DNA of 64,000 nt from Klebsormidium nitens (lineage: Eukaryota; Plantae; Klebsormidiophyceae), in the NCBI GenBank assembly GCA_000708835.1, contig DF237147.1:62001-126000 (forward strand), given 5' to 3'. A program made the position numbers and the translations under genes. Positions 26,692 to 37,604 of this stretch are shown here, piece after piece. Within the stretch, counting starts at the first letter, position 1. Each line of letters starts with the position of its first letter. Under the pieces are notes generated by a model. The model made no database searches. It had not been told where the DNA came from and saw only the letters and a program-made list of their open reading frames with translations.

Positions 26692-29600
26692 ATGAATTTC
26701 AAATTCTCCAACCTGCTGGGCGCCCCATACCGGGGTGGCAACGTGCTGCTGGCTGGGGACAAGCAGCTGCTGACGCCCGTCGGCAACCGCGTCAGCCTGG
26801 TGGACCTCGCCACCTCGGACACGGTGACGCTGCCCTTTGAGCAGGCCCACAACATCACCCGCATCGCGCTGTCCCCTAACGGCGTCCTCCTGCTCAGTGT
26901 GGACGAGCAGGGGCGGTGCATCTTAGCCAATCTGCCACGCAGGATAGTGCTGCACCACCTCAGCTTCAAGGCCCCCGTGGCCGCCATTAAGTTCAGTCCC
27001 GACGGGCAGCTCATTGCAGCGGCGGTGGGCAAGAAGGTGGAGGTGTGGCGCACCCCGGGGCTGGGCAAGGAGTTCGCGCCCTTCCAGCACGTGCACTCGT
27101 TCACGGGCGCGCATGACCAGGTCACCTGCGTCGATTGGAGCCCGGACTCGCGTTCAGTGCTGGCCGGGTGCAAGGATCTCACGGTGCGGGTATATGGACT
27201 CGACAGGGATGCAGTGCATGGGTACAAGCCGTTCACTTTGACGGGCCATCGGGACGTGCTGGTGGGGGTATTCTGGATCAGGGATGCGGAGGGTGCGGCA
27301 ACAGGGGCGTACTCTGTCTCGCGCGATGGGGCGCTGTTTGAGTGGCGGCTGGAGCCTGCGCAGGAAGAGGCTGGGCCGAGCAAGCAGGACGGAGACATGG
27401 ACGAGGACGAAGCGGAGGCTTCGAACAGGGGTGCGGAGAACGGCCACTCCGCAGAGGACGCTCCTTCGACCACCGGGCGAGAAGCGGAACCGTGGCGGTC
27501 GCGGCAACGACCGCGGGGCCGGGGCAGCTGGCGGCTGGAGGGCAAGCATTTCTTCCACCAGGCGGCCAAGCTGACGTGCGCCGACTACCACCCGGGGTTG
27601 AATCTGCTCGTGGCGGGGTTCAGCAGCGGGGTGTTTGGGCTGTACCAGCTCCCCGATTTTGCGGCGCTGCACCTGCTGAGCGTGAGCAAGGAGGCGCTGA
27701 CGAGTGTGGCGTTCAGCAGCAATGGGGAGTGGCTGGGGCTGGGGTGCGCCAAGCTCGGGCAGCTGCTGGTGTGGGAGTGGCGCAGCGAGACATACGTGCT
27801 CAAGCAGCAGGGACACTACTACGACGTCAACACGCTGGCGTATGCGGGGGACGGGCAGCTGATCGCGACGGGCGCGGATGACGCCAAGCTCAAGGTAGGT
27901 GTTGCGTTCATGTGCGGGATATTCCGATCTGGCTCCGATCTCGAGAGGAAGATGGCCAGGGGTCGCAGCCTTGTATAGGTTTGACCGGAGGCTGGTCCTG
28001 TTGAAGAGTGCTCTTGGGGCCTATCTGAGGCATCTGACAGATGTCTCGACTGGGTATCTAGCCTGCATTCTTTAATCCAACAGCGTGAATTTGGACTTAC
28101 AATCAAAGTGATAACCCAGAAGATCACACGAAGGACGATCTTCTGTTAAGTGTCTTCAATTTGCTAGTCTGCTCCCCCTTCTTTCCTGCAAGGCAGGACA
28201 TCTATACAGTCAAGGACTTTCGGCAATCTCGGCTTGTCTCGAATCTCTTGGAAATGCCCATGTAGCCCCAAGCGCAGTCGTGCCAGGTTGCTTTTCCTCA
28301 CTTCCTCACCCCTCTTGCAGATCTGGAATGCGGGTTCGGGCTTCTGCTTCGTGACCTTCACAGAGCACAAGATGCCCATCACTGCGGTCGCTTTTGCCCC
28401 CAGCGGCCATGCCGTCCTGAGCGCCTCGCTGGATGGGACAGTGCGCGCCTTCGACCTGGTGCGCTACCGCAACTTCCGCACCTTCACCTCCCCCTCCCCC
28501 GCGCAATTCGTGAGCCTGGCCGTGGATAACAGCGGGGAAGTCGTCGTGGCAGGCTCCCTCGATACCTTCCAGGTGAGTTGTTACATCATCATTCCGCTTT
28601 TTGTATTCGCTCGTCTTTGGAATAGGGCGCTCATTGGCGCGTATCCTCAAGTCATCTTGCTCGTACGTTTCTTAAATTGAAGCCTTCTGATTGCGGCAAA
28701 GTTTAGGTCATGTATTTCCCGGAGCTAGCTTGCGCTCGAAGATCCGTCTTCAGTTACGACACCCTGTCGATTGATGTTGATTGTTGTCCGTGCAGCTCTT
28801 CGTGTGGTCCATGAAGACGGGCCGGCTCCTCGACGTCCTGAGTGGCCACGAGGGCCCCATCTACGGCCTCTCCTTCAGCCCCACACACGTAAGTTCTGCC
28901 TGCCACCCTGCCGCCTTCGTCCTCAGGGCTCGACTCTCAAGCTGATCACATCCTTGCTGCTCTTCTTCGTAGTCCGCTAAAGGTGTTCGTTCAAGCGTCC
29001 TTCTACGAGAGATCGATCGGCTCGCCCAGTGAAATATTTTTGGAGCAAAGGTCAGGGGCCTTTTACCTTCCTTGTCCTCGTCTCGACCGCGCTTTGTGCC
29101 TGCGCAGGAGCTGCTGGCGTCTGCGTCGTGGGACGGCACGGTGCGGTTGTGGAACGTGTTCTCGGGGAAGGGCGGCACCGAGGTGCTGCAGCACAACCGC
29201 GACGTGCTGGCGCTGGCATACCGCCCCGACGGCAAGCAGCTCGCCGCGTGCACGCTCGACGCGCAGATCGCATTCTGGGACCCCTTCGAGGGCGTCCAGA
29301 CGGGCACCATTGAAGGCCGGCGCGACATTGCCGGGGGGCGCCTCGCGACGGACCGTCAGACCGCAGCCAGCTCCGCGGCGGGCAAGTGCTTCCACACGCT
29401 GGCGTACTCGGCGGACGGGGCGTACCTGGTGGCGGGGGGGAACAGCAAGTTTGTGTGCATGTACGACGTCGCCGAGAAGGTGAGCCGGGGCAGGAGCCCG
29501 GCATCTGTGTGCGGGAGGGATGAGCATTGAGTTTTGAGCCGCTTCGATGGAACGCATGTGGATTTGCGGTTACTAGTCTCCAGCATGCGATCGACATTCT

Positions 29601-30947
29601 CGCATGGACGGTCCGCCTGAGTGTCGGATAGCCGCCAGATCGACAAGGTTGTGTCGGATGTCCCCCGTTCTTCTCTCTGACGTGCGGTACCTCGCTCCCA
29701 GGTGATGCTGCGGCGGTTCCAGGTGAGCGTGAACGTGTCGCTGGACGGCGTGCTGGACTTCCTCAACAGCAAGCGCATGACGGACGCGGGCCCCGTGGAC
29801 CTCATCGCTGACAGCGACGACGAGCCCGACAGCTTGGCAATCGTGCAAGCCGACCCCGGGCAGGGCCTCCCGGGGGCCGGGGCGCGCACGCGGCGGCCCG
29901 CGATCCGGACCAAGTGCCTCCGCATCTCGCCGACGGGGCAGGCGTGGGCGGCAGCGACAACCGAGGGCGTGCTGGTCTACAGCCTGGACCAGGGGGCGGT
30001 CTTCGACCCCAGCGACCTCGACATGGACGTCACACCGCAGGTCAGCAGAAGCAACGAGACCAGCGGGCTTTTTGTATCAGTTGAATCTCAATGAAGCGGA
30101 GCGCTGACTTTCCATAAAGACGCTCTTAACATACGTCCTGCCCCTGGGTTGGGTTTGCTGTGCTTTGCCCACCTTGTTTGCCTAGCTTCCGAAAGCTTGA
30201 TTCATCTTTACCGAGAGCTCAGGTGTCTTACGTAAACCCCTCATCCGGATTCGCGTCGAGCTTGAGTTCCAGAAAGCCGCTGCTCTGAGCGGCGCGCTGC
30301 ATGTAAGTGTGCAGGCAGTGGAGGCGGCGCTGCATTCACGTGCATGGCTGCGAGCCCTCCTGCTCGCGCTGCGGCTGAGCGAGGCCGCGCTGGTGCGGCG
30401 CTGCGTGGAGGCGGTGCCGCCCGAGCAGGTGGGCCCCATCGTGCGCGGCGTGCCGGCCCACTATCTGCCCGCACTAGTTGCAGCGCTGGCGGACTACGTC
30501 GGGACGTCGCCCCATACCGAGTTCCTGCTCAAGTGGTGTCAGGTGAGCGACGGGAAGGCAGAAGACGGCTTCGCAACGCAAAACGTACGTGTCAGCAGTT
30601 CATACAGATTGTCTAGCGGTTTGTTTCCGCTCTGCTTCCCGCTGCGAAATTCATGCATCAACTCGATTCTGTACTTTGTGTGACCTGTCACGGTAGTTCT
30701 CACGCCTATATCCATCACTGGTCACTACCTTACCACGTTTTCGGAGTTGCTGCAGGGGGTGTGCGTGTTCCATGGGCGGGCCTTGCAGGCCCAGTCCCGG
30801 TCGTTACTGCCTGCTTTCCGATCCCTTCTGAAAGGCCTCTCCATGCTGCACGAGTACCTGGGAAAGTCGGCTGCGGACAATGAATACACGCTCTCGTACC
30901 TGACATCAGTGAAGAGAGCAAAAACGGAAGTATCGGGGCAAGCGTAG
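26692..30947 (+). CDS. PWP2: Periodic tryptophan protein 2 (Utp1), WD40 SSU-processome subunit
   Basis: MNFKFSNLLGAPYRGGNV..., LGQLLVWEWRSETYVLKQQGHY, FDLVRYRNFRTFTSP, ELLASASWDGTVRLWN, SLDGVLDFLNSKRMTDAGP, SPHTEFLLKWC. Stop at 30947. Confidence 0.97.
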
Positions 30948-31372
30948 GCCAGCCAGCATGCTTGGGTGCACAACCTGAGGGTCACGTGTGGCTCGGCAGT
31001 GGACCATTCAATAGAGCGGTGGACTGATGGACACACGTTTATTGACCATATGTGTTCATCAATTTCAAACGTACTTGCTCGAGTGTACATGGTGGTCGTC
31101 GTATTAGGTTGCATGCCCGCAATGTCAAGCCCAGCGTTGTGCGTGCAAATATAAATGCATATGCAAATGAGTGAGGCCGTCGTACTGAACTCAAATCACA
31201 GTAGCTGCCTGAGAGCTGGCGCACCATTCAGTGTGTGTCGTGGCCCAGTCAATCTTTCGGAGCATGCTTCCTTCGGCGAAAGCCTAGGCTTACCATGTCA
31301 GTCAGTCTTTCAATCATCTCAAAAACTTGCAGAATGAATGCTCTCGGCCGCGTTTGACGTTCTCTTTTGCTG

Positions 31373-31415
31373 GTATGCATCTCAAAACATGGTACGTATG
31401 CATCTCAAAGCATGG
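31373..31415. repeat. 20-nt tandem direct repeat (1 mismatch) in PWP2/DUF1475 convergent spacer
   Basis: GTATGCATCTCAAAACATGG at 31373-31392 and GTATGCATCTCAAAGCATGG at 31396-31415. Confidence 0.7.
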
Positions 31416-32397
31416 ATAGGACCGTCATGTCGGTGGTGTACTAGATCCAAACATATACATTCGACTGAAAGATAAATATTCGATGATCATGTACAGTGTA
31501 CAAGGGCCCGGCACCGTGACGACGAGTCCGCTTTAAAACCTAGGGCCGGCCGAGTGGATGCATGTGTTGGATACCCGTATGTGCACATCAGAACACAAGA
31601 GACGTATGGTTTCTCTTTGCGAGCCTACAAGATAGGTCAAGTTTCAAATAAGCCAAAGGCCTAGCTCGATCATGGGATACATAACTGAGACGTACGTTTG
31701 CCTTGCGGCTACCATACATCTAGGCTGTGCTCAACTCTACCAAGTAATCGTGAATATCCCAACCGAAGCTGTTGACTTCCATTCCAGTGCATTTCGTAAA
31801 TGTCATTGCAGTGGCTTCTGCTGGCCCGGGTGCCTATAGCCTCTACCAATTCAGTCAAAAGTCGAAGGGAGACTGAAGTGACGGACGGACATGTAGAACC
31901 TTGTAGGACAGCAACTTCTGGCTAATACAAAGCTCAGCAATGGTCGAACAGATAACGCGTCGGGCCTTTTTGAAAACCTCTGCCCCACACCTCATAAGTC
32001 AGGGGATTTCTCATGTTATGGGGGTCCAGGATCTGGCGCAAAACATGATTACATACCTAGGTTGAGGCGGTTGCGGTCTGAAGCCATCTTGACCTTCCCC
32101 AACCTTTGCTTGAAGCCAGAATAATGTGTTGTCTGCCAAAAAATCCTTGGCGCGGAACAACTCCAAAGTTAGATAGTTGGTGGAGGGCCCTTCGAAGTTA
32201 GCCGTCTCTCAGATGGCCAGTAATGTCTTTGGAAGGGAGGAGCTCAGCTCCACCAACGACACGCGGTTGAATCTGCTTCTTATCCGGCTTATTGACATCA
32301 AATGAGACCAGCAGCTTACAATGTCGCTACCGTATCCAATGTATGTACAGAGCTAAAATGGGGCTAGAACACGATTATGGACAACAACCGCTGTGCC

Positions 32398-32802
32398 TCA
32401 TTCCCCAGATCCAATACTGCTCGTCCTCAGAAGCCTGGCATGCCGCTCTTTCAGCAACGCGAGGTAGGGCGGGTCTCCTGGAGACAGCCTCAAGAGTTGG
32501 ATGACAACGTACGCGCACGACATAGGGCTGCCAAGACAGACCAAGAGCAGTAGCCACACGACCTTCGACCACACGCCTTCCTCCTTATACAAGACCCACA
32601 GATAGATGATGAAGACATTGGCATAGAAGTCGATCAGCGTGGCGGCCATCCACGGCGTCAGGATGTCCATGTGGAAAGGTGATCCGTCGGTGATCACCGT
32701 GTACACCACTGTGGCTGCCACGAACGCACCGACGATGCCCACCACCCATCGCAGCAGCAATACGGGAGACTCGGAGGGGCTCAACGGCGCCATGTCCGAC
32801 AT
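32398..32802 (-). CDS. DUF1475-family small membrane protein, intronless, single domain (start at 32802 or 32793)
   Basis: VVYTVITDGSPFHMDILTPWMAATLIDFYANVFIIYLWVLYKEEGVWSKVVWLLLLVCLGSPMSCAYVV resembles the plant DUF1475 signature (TDGSPF...TPWM.ATL.DFY). Uninterrupted ORF. Confidence 0.85.
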   Translation of the reverse strand: MSDMAPLSPSESPVLLLRWVVGIVGAFVAATVVYTVITDGSPFHMDILTPWMAATLIDFYANVFIIYLWVLYKEEGVWSKVVWLLLLVCLGSPMSCAYVVIQLLRLSPGDPPYLALLKERHARLLRTSSIGSGE

Positions 32803-33392
32803 GGCAAGAAGAGCCAACAGCTGCACCGCTAGTCTGCTGGCCAGTGAGGACAGGAAGCAAGATGCTGCAGCTCACTTTCACAAGTTTGTCAACGATCAGA
32901 CTCGGACTCAAGAGGTGGCTCAAGTCGAAGACTGTCACATTGTTACATGAGGTCGAGGGAGCCCTCGATCCGTCGAGGTGGCAAGGCCGAACCTGTGCAA
33001 AAGGCAAATGCAATGGTCAACACGTGGCATATGCTGCCAAGTCTACCTGCCGATAATAGCATCGCAACCATTACCAACGTCCAAATGCAGTGTTGGAGTG
33101 AGCTCATGCTGAGGAAACGCCATTTTGGCGCCTTGTTAAAGTTTGCAATTTTGCCAGCTCAGCTGCTCTTTGGCTGCCCAGCAGCGGGCAAATGAGAAGC
33201 ACATCATCCATTCAGATTCCAGGTGACTGCGGTCCTTCTGCCACTGGGTGTCTCTAAGGTCGCCAGTTGTGTTGCGAAGTAGCGGCAAGCTGTGGTCCCT
33301 CACGCTGTGTTCCAGAGGTCCTTCTGGAATGCTGTGAGATGTGCCTCCCCAATTGCTTGTGAGCCTTATGAGTAAGCCTACATTGGAAAGGA

Positions 33393-36074
33393 ATGCTTTC
33401 AATCGCAGGCTCGTCTTCTCTTCGTAGACTGTGCTCCATGAATGTCCGTACCTTCGAGTCACATGCCCTGCGACAGTGCCGCTGCCAAGCGGGGCACTCA
33501 CCAAGCATCTTGCATGCACCGTCTGCTGTGGTACCACGACTGGGCAGGATCAGTGGGAGCGCACACGAGAACGCGCCAGCATTGCTACATGGGACTCATG
33601 GGCGCAGGTCACGGGTGGAAGCCTCTGGTAAACTTGGTCAGCCCCTTTTCACATCTGACTATCAAATGTTCTCCCGCTTCCAGAGGTTTGTGAGCCGCAT
33701 AATACGAGATAGCAAGCCTCAAGCCAAGTCACAAAGGCAGCAGAATGCACAGCGTGATCTTAGTTGCCATGCGGTGGCAGTCGAGAGGAGCCTCGATGAG
33801 CTGAAGAGCAGGGCGGAGGGTGGAGAGGGCCCAAATGGGATGCCCCTGCCAAATCCCATCCATGCGGAGCTTACTCCACAGGAAGTTGCGGGCAGGAGGA
33901 TCATCTTAGTGGGGGACGTCCATGGTAAGCCAATGGAGCCAAGTGGCTTGTCGGTGGGACTCATTGGGGTCTCCAGGTCAGAGTCCCTCTTGTGCTCGTA
34001 ACCTTCCACCATCGACTAAGATCGTGCCTCTATTAGCCAATGGACCTTTCATATACAGCCAGAATCCATCTTCATGGGCGTGGTGGTAGCCACTGGGTTG
34101 ACATTTTACAGACTAACACATTGAATTTCCCCCTCCTGACCCTCACCACTTACCAGCATCAGGTTCCTGGTAGTGGTGCATTCAAGAGCTAGTGCTCCCC
34201 AATGGAGATTGTCCTTTTTATCTCAGTGCCGCAGGTCTTTTGACAATCACGCAGTGCCCTATTGCAGGGTGTTATGACGAGCTGGTCCTGTTGTTAGACC
34301 AGGAGTGTAGACGGCAGCCCGACGACGTGGTTATCTTCGTGGGTGACCTTGTGAATAAGGTGTGTCTCAGGCTCTCCCAATCAAACTTCCTTCAGCCCCA
34401 TCGCCCCAACAATCTTTTGCGGCTGCGCTCTTGTTGCGTATCAGGTTCTGTTCCTCGTTCATCGGGGCAACAAAGCAACCGCATGCCGGCGGCTGACCCT
34501 GTTGCGCATGACCCATGCAGGGTCCTAAGTCTCCTGAAGTAGTGGCGCTCGCGCGGGACATTGGAGCATACGCCGTGCGAGGCAATCATGATGACAGCTC
34601 ACTTGCGTCCTACTACAAGTGGGCCAACTATCGATCAGGAAAAGGTATGGGAATTCTCCCCCTTCAGCCCTTCCATGGCCCGCCCCTCTGGATTCTGTAT
34701 TTGTGAACGTTGGTCTGATTGTAAGTGATGGCTATCAATGAGTGCATTTCTATGCTGGCCTCTACTGTGAGGAGCAGAGTTACTGTTCACCTGATTGACG
34801 AATTCTTGTGAATTCTCAGGGGGCAAGCAGAAGCCGGACAAGCGGGAGTGGGTGCAGCAGCTGACGGAGCAGGATGTTGAGTGGCTTCATGGCCTGCCGT
34901 TCTCCCTGCGAATACCCTCGCACAACCTGCTAGTGGTAAACAAATCCTTCTCTCTTCTTACCAAGCAGTTCTCGTTGACCATGCCAAAGAAACAGGCGTC
35001 TTTGCTTGCTGTCGTTTCTTCACTTGAGGCTTCATTGTGGAATTCGTGTAGCTGCTGTTCAACAGTCAACAGGCTTAGAATAATCTTCAGGCAAATCTGC
35101 TTTCACGCACGAAATTTGCTCTGAGCGTGCTTGAGATGCTGCCCTCAGGCTGGTAGGAATGATGACCATGTTCTTTCTCATTACCCCTCCTCTTTCTGTG
35201 GCAGGTTCATGCGGGCCTAGTCCCAGGGATTCCGTTAGAACAGCAAGACCTGGGCCAGCTGTACACTATGCGCTTCTTGGAGCAAGCCACCGCCAAGCGC
35301 AAGAAGAGCTCGAGCAAGCGGAGCTTGCGGTCGGGCTATGGTTCTGACTCGGACGGTGCAGACTGGGAGCCGGTGGGGAGTGCAAATGACGAGACGGAAC
35401 TGTGGGGAAAAGTGTGGGACGGGCCGGAGCACGTTGTGTTTGGGCATGACGCCATGCGGGGTTTGCAACTGTAAGGGGCTGGCTTGAGAAGCGAAGTCGA
35501 ACCTTGTACAGAGATGGGCCTGAAGGCCCGAGTTTATGATGCTCGATTGCATGGTGATAGACCGGTCAAAACAACGCTCTGGTTTTCAGAAGCCAATAGG
35601 ACAAAGGAGTCTGACCTGCCGTGATGAACGATACAGGAATCTAGAGCAACCTTGAAAAAGTTTTTGAGATGTCGACACGCCTCTCTTCATCTGCTAGTCT
35701 CCTGTGTTTCTTCAGACTTGTATTTCGAGGGCAGTCTTTTCAGCTTCCCCTTTCGCTAAGGTTTTGCTTTTGAACACCCCTCGCTCTCTAGCTGGAAGGA
35801 CCTGTTCAGCGATTCCTCTGGAGACACTGTCAGCCTGACAACTGCACGCCTCGATAAAGGCATCAAAACAAGGATTGCACGCTCCACGTACAGGCGCCGG
35901 AAAGCGACTGGCCTGGACACTGGGTGCGTGTATGGGGGACGGCTGACCGCGATCATACTCCCACCCGTGGTAGGCGATGGGGGGAGCAGACCCAGTGCAC
36001 CTGTAGGCCACGGCATGCTGGTCTCCGTCAAGGCACTGAAAGAGTACGAAAAGGCTAAAGGGAAAATGAGGTAG
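33393..36074 (+). CDS. PPP-type calcineurin-like metallophosphoesterase (ApaH/PrpE/yeast Ppn2-like) with N-terminal transit-peptide-like extension, 6 exons
   Basis: Motifs in order: VGDVHGCYDEL, FVGDLVNKGPKS, VRGNHD, VHAGLVPG, VFGHDA, GLDTGCVYGGRLTA. All introns are GT-AG with compatible phases. The substrate (Ap4A, polyP or phosphoprotein) cannot be resolved from sequence. Confidence 0.88.
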
Positions 36075-37224
36075 GCACGTGCATGGTCAACTTGGCTTGG
36101 CCGCAGTGTATCATATCTTCCAGTCAGGGCCCCTCCTACGAGAACGGGGATTCACAAGAGGTCCTTGTAGCATAATTGCTTGCAAATTTGACTCAGATTA
36201 ATTTATGATCATTTCGGTTGGTGGATACGATTTCAGTCTCGGATGGAACAAGAGAAAACAAGATGCAAGATAAGCGAGACTGGTTCTTTGCAAAAGTTGG
36301 TATTTCTGCCCGCCGCCAGTGTCACCTGGCCTTTTAATAAGTCTGATTGCCTTCTTTGGCTTGCCTATCAAATAGGCACGCCATAGGCTATTACCGCGGG
36401 CCGGGATGGCGTTCATTCCGTCGTATGTGGCGTTCCGCGCGGCGCTGGCTTGGGTTGCGTTGATGCGACGTCAAACTCCGAGTTTTGCATCGCTTACGTG
36501 GGGAGACACCTTCACTGCTCATGCTAGTGTTTAACCATGGACCTCGATCACCGTCGAGCCCCGCTGGCATTGGTCATGAGATTGAATTGTGGCTTCCCAG
36601 TCGATCATGGACTGAGCTATCTGGCTGCGAGCATTGCTTACATATCAAGGTGCTCCGATCATCGACCCGGAGCATGTTTCATCATGCACAAGCTCCGAAG
36701 TGATGCTCATGCTAGGGCCGGGCTCTGCGCTATATCTGGCAGACTGCGATTGATGGTTCATGACATTACTTCGACCCCGATAATCAAGAGATGTTGATCG
36801 CGCTTCCGACACCGTCGTTGTAATGAGGGCCTAATATTCAAGGGTTGTGGGAAAGTGCGCGCGGCTTCTCTCAAGACCAATGTACCTCGATCACTAATTC
36901 GCTAATCAGGCATGACGTTTTTATGAAAGCACAAAGCCTGAATTCTCATGATGCGCATGCGCACAAATTCGAGAGCTGCATGTTAAATAGTATCCTAATA
37001 TTAGCTAGCTTGCTGTACGTAGACGTACATGACTTTCAATGGACTCGAAGGCGGATCGATCGCGGCTGCTATATTAATCCGACCGGCCAGATTTCCCAAT
37101 GCCAAACTTGCCAAACTTGCCGCGGCACACAGCTTGACATCCCCGCCAGAGACATATAAATTCTAGGATCGGCCAGGACATGCGCAATGTCATGACCAAC
37201 GAAATTTGCAGCTATAGCACAATG

Positions 37225-37242
37225 ATGTGTGCGTGCACGTAC
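37225..37242. repeat. 18-nt purine-pyrimidine alternating tract in phosphoesterase/VPS35 convergent spacer
   Basis: ATGTGTGCGTGCACGTAC, followed by TGCATGCA and a 13-nt tract at 37282-37294. Confidence 0.75.
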
Positions 37243-37604
37243 TGCATGCAGCTGAGTCGGAGCAGTCTAGCAGCGGGCCTGACACATGTACGTAGTATAT
37301 GAATTGCAGGTCACGTTGAGCACACGTACATCGGGTAAATTATCTGTCAGGTCTGTGTAGTGCGGGCCCAAGCGATTGTTCATGCTGCACGTACATGAGC
37401 TGCATGGTTTCAATGTGCACCTATGCAAGTCTCATCCGCTTGCAAAACCAGCCCCGACTGGGAATGCCAGCACCGGAGCTTGCTCGCCGAACTTACGACC
37501 TCGTCTCGTGCATTGTCGGCGACAAGCCGAGAGAGTCTGTTACATATGGCGTGTTACCTATACATACTTACAAATGCGTGCCACGCGAGTTACCGAGCCG
37601 GATC

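Noticed and set aside
26616-27816. Long minus-strand ORFs (317 aa, 220 aa) and similar ones at 40357-41010, 53393-54073, 54414-54998, 60119-60985 and 61156-61839
   Set aside because: Antisense or alternative-frame shadows of GC-rich exons of PWP2, VPS35 and MDN1. High GC3 suppresses stop codons and the products are not protein-like.
35621-35720. GTGATGA box-C-like motif in an intron of the phosphoesterase gene (also near 46786 and at position 1)
   Set aside because: No suitably placed box D (CTGA) or terminal stem, so a C/D snoRNA is not supported.
36198-36416. 72-aa minus ORF in the phosphoesterase/VPS35 convergent spacer
   Set aside because: No recognisable motif or supporting exon structure, and its length is within chance expectation.
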